Numbered from the stretch's first letter, positions 1-12,478 are shown. The stretch: DNA of 64,000 nucleotides from an uncultured Actinomycetota bacterium (GCA_963718235.1 CAVQYR010000001.1:1600001-1664000), one strand, 5' to 3'. Made by a program: numbers and translations. Notes: generated by a model from the letters alone, not told the origin.

Positions 1-2140
<2,140 letters not shown>

Positions 2141-2189
2141 GGCGCACCTCTCGACGCTGGGTCGACCCGTTGGTCGACCGCGGGACCTG

Positions 2190-2412
2190 GCCGGAGGGAC
2201 GAGGCAGGAGCCCCGCGGTACCACCCTCCTTGGCCGGTCACCTGCCCACCAGCCCGCTCGAGGTGCGCTGCGGCCGGTTCTACGGGCTCGGTCGGGAGCC
2301 TTTCCTCCGGCAGCTCGGGGGTGATCTTCGTCAAGGCGCGGACCGCCGGGCTCACACCGTCCCCGGCTCGCTCGTGGCCGCCACCGTGACTACTCGTCCC
2401 GTCGACGCCGTG
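2190..2412 (-). ncRNA. T-box riboswitch (Ile specifier) upstream of ileS
   Basis: Minus strand has the T-box sequence AAGGAGGGUGGUACCGCGG (~2213-2231), specifier GAAGAUCAC (AUC=Ile, ~2321-2329), Stem I AGCGA/GGUGUGA motifs and Stem II AGAA. A -10 TAGGCT lies at 2423-2428. Confidence 0.92.
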
Positions 2413-2449
2413 CAGCGCGCACAGCCTACCGGTCCGCGAGGATGGCGCG

Positions 2450-2752
2450 ATGTCCATTACCTCGACACCGCGTGGGCGCCAGCCGGCTCGGATCGACCTG
2501 TGGGTCCGTCCAGGGTCGTCGCGGACGCTGGTCGGCGGGGAGCATGACGGAGCCCTGCTGGTCGCGGTCGCGGCTCGGGCGGTCGACGGCGCCGCCACCA
2601 CGGCTGCGCTGAAGGCCGTGGCCCGGGCCCTGGGGGTGCACCCGAGACAGGTCCACCTCCTCCGTGGTGCCACGAGTCGGCGCAAGGTCGTCGAGGTCAG
2701 CGACCCACCGCCCGACCTGGACCGACTGCTGGAGCACCTGCGCGGCGGGTGA
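2450..2752 (+). CDS. DUF167/YggU family protein
   Basis: VRPGSSR...AVDGAA...LLRGATSRRK pattern, 100 aa, usual position next to ileS. Confidence 0.8.
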   Translation: MSITSTPRGRQPARIDLWVRPGSSRTLVGGEHDGALLVAVAARAVDGAATTAALKAVARALGVHPRQVHLLRGATSRRKVVEVSDPPPDLDRLLEHLRGG

Positions 2753-2883
2753 CCGGCCGGGGGCGCCGCTCCGCGCTTGCTTTCCCCCATGCGCGGCGGC
2801 GAGCCCGTTTGGTCGGCGCGACCGGCAACGCCTATCCTCTCGGGGCTATCGCGCACCACACCAGGCAACCGAGGAGACGTCGC

Positions 2884-3617
2884 ATGGCCGGCAGCCAGGG
2901 AGTCGGGGGACGCCTCCGGAAGGCGGTCGAGCGCGTGACGAAGAAGGCTCCGGTCGAAGAAGGCTCCGGTCAAGAAGGCTCCGGTCAAGAAGGCTCCGGT
3001 CAAGAAGGCTCCGGTCAAGAAGGCTCCGGTCAAGAAGGCTCCGGTCAAGAAGGCTCCGGTCAAGAAGGCTCCGGTCAAGAAGGCTCCGGTCAAGAAGGCT
3101 CCGGTCAAGAAGGCTCCGGTCAAGAAGGCTCCGGTCAAGAAGGCTCCGGTCAAGAAGGCCCCGGTCAAGAAGGCCCCGGTCAAGAAGGCCCCGGTCAAGA
3201 AGGCCCCGGTCGAAGAAGGCTGCGCCGCGCCTCGTCGTCCGGGTCGACGAGTCTCCGTGGACGACTGCCGAGCTGGCCGAGGTGCGCCGCCAGCTGCAGG
3301 GCGACTCTCGGCGGCTGCGTGAGGAGATCGCCCGGGCCGAGGCCGAGCTCAACGAGCTGCTCCGCGACTCCGGTGAGGGTTCCGGCGACGATCAGGCCGA
3401 CGCCGGCAGCAAGACCTTCGAGCGCGAGCACGAGATGTCGATGGCGAACAATGCGCGCGACACCTTGGAGCAGATCGAGCATGCGATGGCCCGGATCAAG
3501 GACGGCAGCTACGGCATGTGCGAGAGCTGCGGCCAGCCGATCGGCAAGGCGCGGCTGCAGGCCTTCCCGCGAGCGACCCTGTGCGTGAGCTGCAAGCAGC
3601 GCGAGGAACGTCGCTGA
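2884..3617 (+). CDS. TraR/DksA C4 zinc-finger regulator with Lys/Ala/Pro repeat N-terminus (two apparent +1 indels at 2956 and 3212)
   Basis: ATG 2884 with SD GAGGAG. The C-terminus has GDDQADAG..FEREHE and CESC...CVSC. Start, repeat and C-domain fall in three different frames. Confidence 0.85.
2941..3218 (+). repeat. Tandem 15-bp repeat AAGAAGGCYCCGGTC x18 (KKAPV)
   Basis: 14 copies with GCT then 4 with GCC. One extra G follows the first copy and one follows the last. Confidence 0.97.
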
Positions 3618-4150
3618 CCGTCCCTGAGCCGGCGAACCCGTCAACGGGGCGGCCGCGTCGGTTCGGGATCACCGTGTTCGTGGCGCTGCTCGTCGTGCTC
3701 GTCGACCAGGCCACCAAGGCGATCATCGTGTCGACGATGCCCGGCCGTCCTCCCGTCGAGGTGGTCGGCGAGTGGCTCGAGATCACCTACGTGCGCAACC
3801 CCGGTGCCGCCTTCGGGCTGGGCACCGGGCTCACCATCGCGTTCAGCAGCATCGCCGTGGTGGTGATCGTGGTGATCTTGCGGGTGGCCCGCCGACTGCG
3901 GTCCGTGGGCTGGGCGATCGCCCTCGGGGGGATCCTCGGAGGCGCACTGGGCAACCTGATCGACCGGGTGTTCCGCGACCCCGGCCCGTTGCGCGGCCAC
4001 GTCGTCGACTGGATCGAGTTCCCGCACTGGCCGGTGTTCAACCTCGCGGACTCGGCGATCTTCTTGTCCGCGGTGCTGATGGTGGTCCTGTCGCTGCGCG
4101 GGGTGGGTCTGGACGGCGTCCGGGTCACGTCCTCGACGGGGTCGACATGA
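3614..4150 (+). CDS. lspA: Lipoprotein signal peptidase II
   Basis: [24 protein letters not shown] and FNLAD motifs. Start uncertain (CTG at 3614 overlapping the upstream stop, or GTG at 3674). Confidence 0.95.
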   Translation: MTVPEPANPSTGRPRRFGITVFVALLVVLVDQATKAIIVSTMPGRPPVEVVGEWLEITYVRNPGAAFGLGTGLTIAFSSIAVVVIVVILRVARRLRSVGWAIALGGILGGALGNLIDRVFRDPGPLRGHVVDWIEFPHWPVFNLADSAIFLSAVLMVVLSLRGVGLDGVRVTSSTGST

Positions 4151-5070
4151 CCGAACGGGCCCTGGCGGTCCCGGAGGGGCTCGACGGCGAGCGGCTCGAC
4201 GCAGCGCTGGCCCGGCTGCTCGGCCTGTCCCGCACCCGCGCGGCCGAGCTCGTGGGCAGTGGCCAGGTCCTGGTCGACGGGCTGGGCGCCAGCAAGTCCG
4301 ACCGCGTGCACGTCGGCGCGTGGCTGGAGGTGCAGCTGCCCGACCCGGCCGAGGTGGAGGTGCCCGTCGACCGCGAGCCGGTCCCGGGGCTCGTCGTGCT
4401 GTACGACGACGCCGACCTGGTGGTCGTGGACAAGCCCGTGGGCGTCGCGGCCCACCCCTCGCCGGGTTGGACCGGGCCAACTGTCGTCGGCGGTCTGGCG
4501 GCCGCGGGCTACAGCGTCTCGACCTCGGGCGCGGCCGAGCGACAGGGGGTCGTCCATCGACTGGACGTCGGGACCAGCGGGCTGATGGTCGTGGCCAAGA
4601 GCGAGCACGCGTACCGCGTGCTGAAGCGGGCGTTCAAGGAGCGTCTGGTCGACAAGACCTACCACGCGCTGGCCCAGGGGCACCCCGACCCTTCGTCGGG
4701 AACGATCGACGCGCCGATCGGCCGCCACCCGCGCCACGACTGGAGGTTCGCGGTCACGGCCGAGGGCAAGCCGAGCGTCACGCACTACCAGACGCTCGAG
4801 GCCATGCCCGCGGCCTCGCTGCTGGAGATCGACCTGGAGACCGGGCGCACCCACCAGATCCGGGTGCACCTCGCTGCGATCCGGCATCCCTGCGTCGGGG
4901 ACCTCGCCTACGGCGCCGACCCCTCGCTGGCCCAGCGGGTGGGCCTGCAGCGCCAGTGGCTGCATGCCGTGGCGCTGGGGTTCGACCACCCCGGCACCGG
5001 GCAGCGGGTGGAGTTCCGCTCGCCCTACCCCGAGGACCTGCAGCACGCCCTCGACGTCCTCACCCCCTGA
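4147..5070 (+). CDS. RluA/RluD family pseudouridine synthase
   Basis: S4-like N-terminus (RLDAAL), catalytic [18 protein letters not shown] overlap with lspA. Confidence 0.95.
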   Translation: MTERALAVPEGLDGERLDAALARLLGLSRTRAAELVGSGQVLVDGLGASKSDRVHVGAWLEVQLPDPAEVEVPVDREPVPGLVVLYDDADLVVVDKPVGVAAHPSPGWTGPTVVGGLAAAGYSVSTSGAAERQGVVHRLDVGTSGLMVVAKSEHAYRVLKRAFKERLVDKTYHALAQGHPDPSSGTIDAPIGRHPRHDWRFAVTAEGKPSVTHYQTLEAMPAASLLEIDLETGRTHQIRVHLAAIRHPCVGDLAYGADPSLAQRVGLQRQWLHAVALGFDHPGTGQRVEFRSPYPEDLQHALDVLTP

Positions 5071-5079
5071 CCCACGCCC

Positions 5080-5116
5080 CCCGGCGCACGATCAGGCTTG
5101 CTGACCGTGCGCCGGG
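5080..5116 (+). terminator. GC-rich hairpin after rluA (putative terminator)
   Basis: CCCGGCGCACG-a-TCAG pairs with CTGA-c-CGTGCGCCGGG; no U-tract. Confidence 0.45.
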
Positions 5117-5194
5117 TCTGCTGGTCGGGTACCGCCAGCCACGCCGCCTCGCCACCCGGTAAGCCGCCGTCGGGTGCGCGCGAGAGAATGGGGG

Positions 5195-6121
5195 ATGACC
5201 CCGACCCAGCCTCCGACCCAGCCCCCGACCCGCCCCTGCGCAGCCAGCGGGACCTTCAGCTTCGGTGGTCTCACCGTCAACCGGCTCGGCTTCGGAGCGA
5301 TGCAGATCACCGGAGAGGGCATCTGGGGCCCACCGGCCGACCCGGACAACGCGGTCGCGGTGCTGCGCCGCGCCGTCGAGCTGGGGGTCGACTTCATCGA
5401 CACCGCGGACTCCTACGGCCCCGGCGTCTCCGAGGACCTCATCCACCGAGCCCTGTGGCCCTACGACGGGGTCCTGGTCGCCACCAAGGCCGGACTGGCC
5501 AGGACCGGGCCCGGCCACTGGCACCCGATCGGTCTCCCGGAGTACCTGAAGCAGCAGTGCGAGATGTCCCTGCGCCGGCTCGGCGTGGAACGGATCGACC
5601 TCTTCCAGCTGCACCGGATCGACACCCGAGTGCCCCTGGCCGAGCAGGTTGGCGCCCTGGTCGAGCTGCAGCAGGCCGGGAAGGTCGGTGCCATCGGCCT
5701 GTCCGAGGTGACGGTCGCGCAGCTGCGCGCCGCCCAGCAGGTCACGACGGTCTCGACCGTGCAGAACCTGTACAACCTCACCAACCGACTGGCTGAACCT
5801 CTGCTCGAGGTGTGCACGGCCGAGGGGATCGGCTTCATCCCCTGGTTCCCCGTCGCCACCGGCGAGCTGGCCCGACCGGGCGGTCCGCTGGACCAGCTGG
5901 CGTCCACCACCGGTGCGACCGCGGCCCAGCTCGCGCTCGCCTGGCTGCTCGCCCGGTCGCCGGTGATGCTCCCGATCCCCGGTACCAAGTCGCTGGGCCA
6001 TCTGGAGGAGAACTGCCGGGCGGGCGAGCTCCGCCTCGACCCCGAGGTGGTGGCCGCGCTCGGCGCCCTGTCGGCTGCCGGTTCCGACCCGGACGTCACG
6101 GGCACGTCGGGCCGGGCCTGA
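5195..6121 (+). CDS. Aldo/keto reductase
   Basis: [38 protein letters not shown] motifs. Confidence 0.93.
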   Translation: MTPTQPPTQPPTRPCAASGTFSFGGLTVNRLGFGAMQITGEGIWGPPADPDNAVAVLRRAVELGVDFIDTADSYGPGVSEDLIHRALWPYDGVLVATKAGLARTGPGHWHPIGLPEYLKQQCEMSLRRLGVERIDLFQLHRIDTRVPLAEQVGALVELQQAGKVGAIGLSEVTVAQLRAAQQVTTVSTVQNLYNLTNRLAEPLLEVCTAEGIGFIPWFPVATGELARPGGPLDQLASTTGATAAQLALAWLLARSPVMLPIPGTKSLGHLEENCRAGELRLDPEVVAALGALSAAGSDPDVTGTSGRA

Positions 6122-6214
6122 CGGTTCGGGCCGTTAGGCTCAGGACCCGTCCAGCCGTCTTCCCCCGGCGGGCGCCCCCGCACCCGCGTCCACAGTCCCA
6201 GGGAGACCGCTCGC

Positions 6215-9200
6215 ATGGCCGACTCGTTCGTGCATCTCCACGTGCACACCGAGTACTCCATGCTCGACGGAGCCGCCCGGGTCGGCGAGCTGATGGACGC
6301 CGCCGTCGAGCAGGGGATGCCGGCGATCGCGGTCACCGACCACGGCTACGTCATGGGCGCGTACGACTTCTACCGGAAGGCACGCGACCGCGGCATCAAG
6401 CCGATCATCGGGGTCGAGGCGTACCTCACGCCGGGTACGAGTCGTTTCGACCGGACCCGCGTGCGTTGGGCGGGAGGGGGAGAGGACGACGTCTCCGGCG
6501 GCGGCGCCTACACCCACATGACGATGCTCGCCGAGAACACCACGGGCATGCACAACCTGTTCCGGATGGCCAGTCTGGCCTCGATGGAGGGCTTCTACTT
6601 CAAGCCCCGCATGGACCGCGAGCTGCTCCAGACCTACGCCGAGGGAGTCATCGCCACCACGGGGTGCCCGTCGGGGGAGATCCAGACCCTGCTGCGGCTC
6701 GGGCGGTTCGACGAGGCGGTCCGGGCGGCCTCGGACTTCCGCGACATCTTCGGCAAGGACAACTTCTTCTGCGAGCTGATGGACCACGGGCTCGGCATCG
6801 AACGGCGCGCCCACGAGGGCCTGCTCCGGCTGGCCAAGACGCTCGACCTCCCGCTGGTGGCCACCAACGACCTGCACTACACCCGGCCCGAGGACGCCGA
6901 GGCGCACGCGGCGCTGCTGTGCGTGCAGTCCGGGTCGACCCTGGCCGACCCCACGCGCTTCAAGTTCGATGCCGACGACTTCTACCTCAAGTCGGCGGCG
7001 GAGATGCGGTCGGTGTGGGAGTCCGTCCCTGACGCGTGTGACAACACCCTCCTGATCGCGGAGCGCTGCGACGTCGTCTTCGACGAGAGCGCCAACCTGA
7101 TGCCCCGGTTCCCCGTACCCAACGGCGAGTCCGAGGAGTCGTGGTTCGTCAAGGAGGTCGAGCGGGGGCTGCAGAAGCGGTTCAAGGGCTCGGTACCCGA
7201 CGAGGCCCGCAAGCAGGCCGAGTACGAGGTCGGGGTCGTGCTGCAGATGGGCTTCCCGAGCTACTTCCTCGTGGTGGCCGACTTCATCAACTGGGCCAAG
7301 GAGCAGGGCATCCGGGTCGGCCCTGGGCGGGGGTCGGCAGCGGGCGCCATCGTCGCCTACGCGCTGGGGATCACTGACCTCGACCCGCTCAAGCACGGCC
7401 TGTTGTTCGAGCGCTTCCTCAACCCGGAACGGGTGTCGATGCCCGACATCGACGTCGACTTCGACGAGCGTCGGCGCGGCGACGTGATCCGCTACGTCAC
7501 CGAGAAGTACGGCGAGGAGCGCGTCGCCCAGATCGTCACGTACGGAACGATCAAGGCCAAGCAGGCGATCAAGGACAGCGCACGGGTCCTCGGGTACCCC
7601 TACGCGATGGGCGACCGGATCACCAAGGTGATGCCGCCACCCATCATGGGGAAGGACCTCGCGCTGGCCGGTGTGTTCGACGAGAAGAACTCCCGCTACG
7701 CCGAGGCGGCGGAGTTCAGGTCGTTGTACGACTCCGACGTCGACGTGAAGCGGGTCATCGACACCGCGCGCGGGCTGGAGAACCTCAAGCGCCAGTGGGG
7801 CGTGCACGCCGCAGGCGTGATCATGAGCAGCGAGCCGCTCATCGACCACGTGCCCGTGCTCCGTCGCGAGCAGGACGGCGCGATCATCACCCAGTTCGAC
7901 TATCCGTCGTGCGAGGCCCTCGGCCTGCTCAAGATGGACTTCCTCGGGCTGCGCAACCTCACGGTGATCGAGGACGCACTGGCCAACATCACGTCCAACC
8001 GGGGCGATTCGATCGTGCTCGAGGACCTCGGACTGGACGACCGCGCCGCCTACGAGCTGCTGTCCAGCGGCGACACGCTCGGAGTCTTCCAGCTCGACGG
8101 CGGTCCCATGCGGTCGCTGCTGCGAAGCATGCAGCCGGACAACTTCGAGCACATCTCCGCGGTCCTGGCGCTCTACCGACCCGGACCCATGGGGGCCAAC
8201 GCGCACAACGACTACGCCGACCGCAAGAACAAGCGCAAGCCGGTCGTCCCCATCCACCGCGAGCTCGAGGCTCCACTGGCCGACATCCTCGACGACACCT
8301 ACGGGGTGATCGTCTACCAGGAGCAGGTCATGGCGATCGCCCAACGCGTCGCCGGCTACAGCCTGGGTCAGGCCGACCTGCTGCGACGGGCGATGGGCAA
8401 GAAGAAGAAGGAGATCCTCGACAAGGAGTTCGTCCCGTTCTCCGAAGGCATGCGGGCCAACGGGTACTCCGAGATCGCGATCAAGACGCTGTGGGACATC
8501 CTGGTCCCCTTCGCCGACTACGCGTTCAACAAGGCACACACGGCCGGGTACGGGCTGGTGTCCTACTGGACCGCCTTCCTCAAGGCCAACTACCCGGCCG
8601 AGTACATGGCCGCGCTGCTGACCAGCGTGCGCGACGACAAGGACAAGTCCGCCCTGTACCTGCACGAGTGCCGGCGGATGGGGATCAAGGTGCTCCCACC
8701 CGACGTCAACGAGTCCGACGCCGACTACACCCCTCGTGGCTCCGACATCCGGTTCGGCCTCGCCGCGATCCGCAACGTGGGTGAGAGCGTCGTGGCCGGG
8801 ATCGTCCGGGCCCGTCGGGCCGAGGGGCGGTTCACCGACTTCCCCGACTTCTTGTCCAAGGTCGACGCCGCAGTGTGCAACAAGCGGGTCATCGAGTCGC
8901 TGATCAAGGCCGGGGCCTTCGACTCGCTCGGACACACCCGACGTGGTCTCGTCGCCGTCCACGCCGAGGCGGTCGATGCCGTTCTGGAGACCAAGCGGGC
9001 CGAGGCGATCGGGCAGTTCGACCTGTTCGGCTCCTCCGACGACGACGAGGCGGCGGCGTTCGGGGTCGAGCTGCAGATCCCGGTCACCGAGTGGGACAAG
9101 GCGGCGCTGCTGTCCCATGAGCGCGACATGCTGGGCCTGTACGTGTCCGACCACCCGCTGTTCGGCGTCGAGCACGTCCTGGCCGCGGCGGTCGACTGCT

Positions 9201-9730
9201 CGGTGGCCGAGCTGATGGCCGACAACGAGCGCAGCGACGGGTCGGTGGTCACGATCGGTGGGCTCATCACCGGCATGCAGCGCAAGGTCACCAAGCAGGG
9301 CAACGCCTGGGCCGTGGCCACGGTCGAGGACCTCGAGGGTGCCATCGACGTCATGTTCTTCCCGTCCAGCTACCAGCTGGCCGCGACCTCACTCGTCGAG
9401 GACACGATCGTGCTCGTCCGTGGTCGGGTCGACCGGCGCGAGGACGCTCCGAAGCTGGTCGCCATGGAGCTCACGGTGCCCGACCTCGACTCCGGTGAGC
9501 AGCGTGGGCCGGTGGTGATCAACCTCGCGACGGCGCGCTGCGTCCCGCCGGTGGTCGACGGGCTGAAGGACGTGCTGGCGAGCCACCCCGGGGTCACCGA
9601 GGTCCACCTGCACCTGCAGTCGGCGGTTCGGACCACCGTGGTCAGGCTCGACGACCGGTTGCGCGTGTCGCCCACACCGGCCCTGTTCGGCGACCTGAAG
9701 GCGCTGCTCGGCCCGGGATCGGTCTCCTGA
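6215..9730 (+). CDS. dnaE: DNA polymerase III alpha subunit
   Basis: PHP domain HLHVHTEYS, GPGRGSAAG, PDIDVDF, YAFNKAH; 1171 aa with no intein-sized insertion. Confidence 0.98.
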   Translation: MADSFVHLHVHTEYSMLDGAARVGELMDAAVEQGMPAIAVTDHGYVMGAYDFYRKARDRGIKPIIGVEAYLTPGTSRFDRTRVRWAGGGEDDVSGGGAYTHMTMLAENTTGMHNLFRMASLASMEGFYFKPRMDRELLQTYAEGVIATTGCPSGEIQTLLRLGRFDEAVRAASDFRDIFGKDNFFCELMDHGLGIERRAHEGLLRLAKTLDLPLVATNDLHYTRPEDAEAHAALLCVQSGSTLADPTRFKFDADDFYLKSAAEMRSVWESVPDACDNTLLIAERCDVVFDESANLMPRFPVPNGESEESWFVKEVERGLQKRFKGSVPDEARKQAEYEVGVVLQMGFPSYFLVVADFINWAKEQGIRVGPGRGSAAGAIVAYALGITDLDPLKHGLLFERFLNPERVSMPDIDVDFDERRRGDVIRYVTEKYGEERVAQIVTYGTIKAKQAIKDSARVLGYPYAMGDRITKVMPPPIMGKDLALAGVFDEKNSRYAEAAEFRSLYDSDVDVKRVIDTARGLENLKRQWGVHAAGVIMSSEPLIDHVPVLRREQDGAIITQFDYPSCEALGLLKMDFLGLRNLTVIEDALANITSNRGDSIVLEDLGLDDRAAYELLSSGDTLGVFQLDGGPMRSLLRSMQPDNFEHISAVLALYRPGPMGANAHNDYADRKNKRKPVVPIHRELEAPLADILDDTYGVIVYQEQVMAIAQRVAGYSLGQADLLRRAMGKKKKEILDKEFVPFSEGMRANGYSEIAIKTLWDILVPFADYAFNKAHTAGYGLVSYWTAFLKANYPAEYMAALLTSVRDDKDKSALYLHECRRMGIKVLPPDVNESDADYTPRGSDIRFGLAAIRNVGESVVAGIVRARRAEGRFTDFPDFLSKVDAAVCNKRVIESLIKAGAFDSLGHTRRGLVAVHAEAVDAVLETKRAEAIGQFDLFGSSDDDEAAAFGVELQIPVTEWDKAALLSHERDMLGLYVSDHPLFGVEHVLAAAVDCSVAELMADNERSDGSVVTIGGLITGMQRKVTKQGNAWAVATVEDLEGAIDVMFFPSSYQLAATSLVEDTIVLVRGRVDRREDAPKLVAMELTVPDLDSGEQRGPVVINLATARCVPPVVDGLKDVLASHPGVTEVHLHLQSAVRTTVVRLDDRLRVSPTPALFGDLKALLGPGSVS

Positions 9731-9829
9731 CCGACGGCGTTCCAGTTCGTCCCACCGGACGCCGATACCGACAGCACCGGCACACCCGGACGATGGATGC
9801 TGCCTGCCGCCGCCCCATGGGAGAGACCG

Positions 9830-11365
9830 ATGAGCGACTCGTTCGACGCCTCGACGTACGCCTCGCAGCACGTGCTGCCGGGCGGCGAGCCGGAGGTGCT
9901 CGGTCACGGCGACCAGGCTTCGGGGCCACGGCGCGGCCGCCGGCTGGCCGTGGTCGGCGGGGCGCTGGCCGTGGCCACCCTCACCGGCGCGGGGATCGCG
10001 GTCGGGATGGCCCTGTCCGGGGGTGGTGGCCAGCCGGAGGACGTCGTCCCGGCCGGTGCGGTGTTCTACGCCGATGTCGACCTCGACCCCTCGGCCGCGC
10101 AGAAGGTCAACGCGGTCCGCTTCCTGCGCAGCTTCCCCGCCGTGGAGGACGCGATCGGTTCGGGGGAGGACCTGCGGGCCAGCGTGGTCGACGCCCTGTT
10201 CGACTCTCTGTCCGAAGCGAGCGACATCGACGCCGCCACGCAGATCGACCCGTGGCTGGGGTCCCGGTACGCCGTGGCCGTGCTCGACGTCGACGGAGAG
10301 CCGGAGCCGATGGTCGTGCTGCAGACCACCGACACCGCCGAGGCCGAGGCGGCGCTGCCCGGGCTGCTCGACGGGTCGGCCGGGTTCACCGTGGTCGACG
10401 ACTACGTCGTGATCGCCCAGTCGCAGCAGACGGCCGAGCAGCTTGCTTCCTCCGGGGCCCAGGCCCCGCTGTCGGAGGACGCGTCCTTCACTGACGCCAT
10501 GGGCTCGCTGGGTGACGGAGTGGCGACGGTCTACCTGGACCAGGGTGGTGCGGGCGACCTGCTCCGAAGCGGGCTCGGTCGGCTGGGCGGGGTCCCGGGC
10601 CTGGGGACGTTCGGCTCCAGCGCCACCGGCCTGGTCGACGGGACGCTCGGCGCGGTGGTCCGCTTCGAGCCCGACGCGCTGGAGGTCGTAGCCAGTGCCG
10701 ACACCGCCCTCGACGCCCCCTCCGAAGCGGTCGAGTCGCTCGTGGCGACGCTGCCGGAGACCACCGTTGCCGCGCTGGGCGTGGCAGGAGCCGCGGACAG
10801 CGTCGACGAGCAGTGGCGGGCGCTGTCTGAGGCGCTGGACTCGGTCGGCGGCGCGGACGTCGCCAAGACCGCGCGGCAGCGGTTCGGACTGCGGCTGCCT
10901 GAGGACATCAAGACGTTGCTCGGTGACGACGTGGTCGTCGCCGTCGACACCCAGAGCCCGGACCAGGTGCTCCCGGGTCTCGGGGTGCGAAGCCTCGGTG
11001 ACCCTGCGGCGGCCGCGGACCTCGTCGTGCGGCTGCAGCCGCTGCTGGACCAGGCGGCGGCCGGGCTGGGTGTCGTCGCCACCGCGACCGACGACGGACT
11101 CGTGGTGGCCACGACCCCGGAGTACGCCGACCGGCTCGCCGCGGGACAGGGGGGACTCGGAGCGAGCGCGGTGTTCACCCGCGCGGTCCCCGACGCGTCA
11201 TCGGCTCAGGTGGTCCTCTTCGTGAACCTCGATGCGGGCGCTGGCGCGTTGGCCCCGCTGGACCCGTCGACGGCTGACGTCCTCGGCCCGCTGGAGGCGG
11301 TCGGACTCAGCGCGTCGACCGTCGACGGCAGGTCCACCGCCCTGCTGCGAGTCACCCTCGACTGA
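9830..11365 (+). CDS. Membrane-anchored DUF3352-like protein
   Basis: One N-terminal TM segment, then P...VP....YADVDLDPSAAQK and IDPWLG. ATG 9830 has SD GGGAGA. Confidence 0.65.
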   Translation: MSDSFDASTYASQHVLPGGEPEVLGHGDQASGPRRGRRLAVVGGALAVATLTGAGIAVGMALSGGGGQPEDVVPAGAVFYADVDLDPSAAQKVNAVRFLRSFPAVEDAIGSGEDLRASVVDALFDSLSEASDIDAATQIDPWLGSRYAVAVLDVDGEPEPMVVLQTTDTAEAEAALPGLLDGSAGFTVVDDYVVIAQSQQTAEQLASSGAQAPLSEDASFTDAMGSLGDGVATVYLDQGGAGDLLRSGLGRLGGVPGLGTFGSSATGLVDGTLGAVVRFEPDALEVVASADTALDAPSEAVESLVATLPETTVAALGVAGAADSVDEQWRALSEALDSVGGADVAKTARQRFGLRLPEDIKTLLGDDVVVAVDTQSPDQVLPGLGVRSLGDPAAAADLVVRLQPLLDQAAAGLGVVATATDDGLVVATTPEYADRLAAGQGGLGASAVFTRAVPDASSAQVVLFVNLDAGAGALAPLDPSTADVLGPLEAVGLSASTVDGRSTALLRVTLD

Positions 11366-11384
11366 GGCGCCCTACCCTGGTCCG

Positions 11385-11939
11385 GTGACCACGGCGACCA
11401 GCGACTCCGACTCGCCTCCGGCGGCGACCCATCGACGAGCGGGTCCGTGGCCAAGCGGACTCGGCTCGCTCGGGCTCGCCACCGTGCTGGGGGTTCCCTG
11501 GGGGATCGCCTGGTACCTGCTGGCGCCTCGAATCACCTTCGAGGTGCGCGACAACGGCGTGTTCGCCAGCGAGGACGCGCCGACCGACTGGTTCGGCGTC
11601 GACGGCTGGTTCATCGTGGTCGGCCTCGTGCTGGGGGTCGTCGCCGGTCTCGTGGCGTACTGGCGTTGGCGCCAGCACCCCGTGTCAGCTTTGCTCGGGC
11701 TGGCGGTTGGCGGCCTGCTGGCCGGCTGGCTGGGGCTGCAGATCGGGCGCCTGCTCGGTCCGGCCGCGATCGGCGCCGACGCCCTTGACTCACCGGACGG
11801 CACGCTCATCCCCGCCCCGCTGGACGTCCTGGCCACCGGTTCACTGCTCACCCTGGGGTTCGCCGCCGTGCTGGCCTTCGGGCTGATGGTGGCGCTGGAG
11901 CGGACGGAGCCGGAGACCGGCGAACCCGGAGCCGAGTGA
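11385..11939 (+). CDS. Four-TM membrane protein (DUF2567-like)
   Basis: Hydrophobic helices with W..LAP and F..DG.F patterns. GTG 6 nt after TACCCT. Confidence 0.6.
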   Translation: MTTATSDSDSPPAATHRRAGPWPSGLGSLGLATVLGVPWGIAWYLLAPRITFEVRDNGVFASEDAPTDWFGVDGWFIVVGLVLGVVAGLVAYWRWRQHPVSALLGLAVGGLLAGWLGLQIGRLLGPAAIGADALDSPDGTLIPAPLDVLATGSLLTLGFAAVLAFGLMVALERTEPETGEPGAE

Positions 11940-11941
11940 CG

Positions 11942-12439
11942 TCAGCGGGCAATGGCCGCGGTCGTGGCCGCGGTGACCTCGACCAGGTCACGGGGGGCGA
12001 GCTCCACCTGCAGACCGCGTCGTCCGGCTGACACGAAGAGGGTGTCCCAACCCAGGGCGCTCTCGTCGACGACGGTGGGCAGCGCTTTGCGCTGCCCGAT
12101 CGGACTGATCCCACCAGTGACATAGCCGGTGGTTCGCTGAGCGTGCTGCTGGTCGGCCAGGGTCAGTCGCTTGGCCCCGAGGGCATGCGCCGCCGCCTTG
12201 AGGTCGAGCTGCCGGGCCACCGGAACGACCGCGACGGCAAGCCCGTGGTCGCCGTCGACGACGAGGGTCTTGAAGATGCGCATCGGGTCGACCCCGAGCG
12301 CAGTGGCTGCTTCGTCGCCGTAGCTCGTCGCCGAGTCGTGATGCGCGTAGGGATGCAGGACGTAGTCGACACCCTCGAGATCCAGGACCGTCACCGCGGG
12401 GGTGGCTGACGACGCGTGCCCCCTGCGCTGCTTGCCCAT
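11942..12439 (-). CDS. ybaK: Cys-tRNA(Pro) deacylase YbaK
   Basis: TPA, IFKTL, LDLK, TGYVTGGISPIGQ and VSAGRRG motifs. Confidence 0.95.
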   Translation of the reverse strand: MGKQRRGHASSATPAVTVLDLEGVDYVLHPYAHHDSATSYGDEAATALGVDPMRIFKTLVVDGDHGLAVAVVPVARQLDLKAAAHALGAKRLTLADQQHAQRTTGYVTGGISPIGQRKALPTVVDESALGWDTLFVSAGRRGLQVELAPRDLVEVTAATTAAIAR

Positions 12440-12478
12440 GCTGATCAGGGTAGGGCGGACCAGGCCGGTGCGGTGCTG

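Noticed and set aside
2941-3218. Repeat array as a CRISPR
   Set aside because: Units are 15 bp, head-to-tail, with no spacers and no cas genes, and they lie inside a coding region.
6140-9175. 1011-aa antisense ORF (also 38834-41248 and many other overlapping ORFs)
   Set aside because: Shadow ORFs caused by high GC3 opposite real genes (dnaE, carB); no recognisable motifs.
6215-9730. Intein in dnaE
   Set aside because: Length is normal and no splicing or endonuclease motifs are visible.
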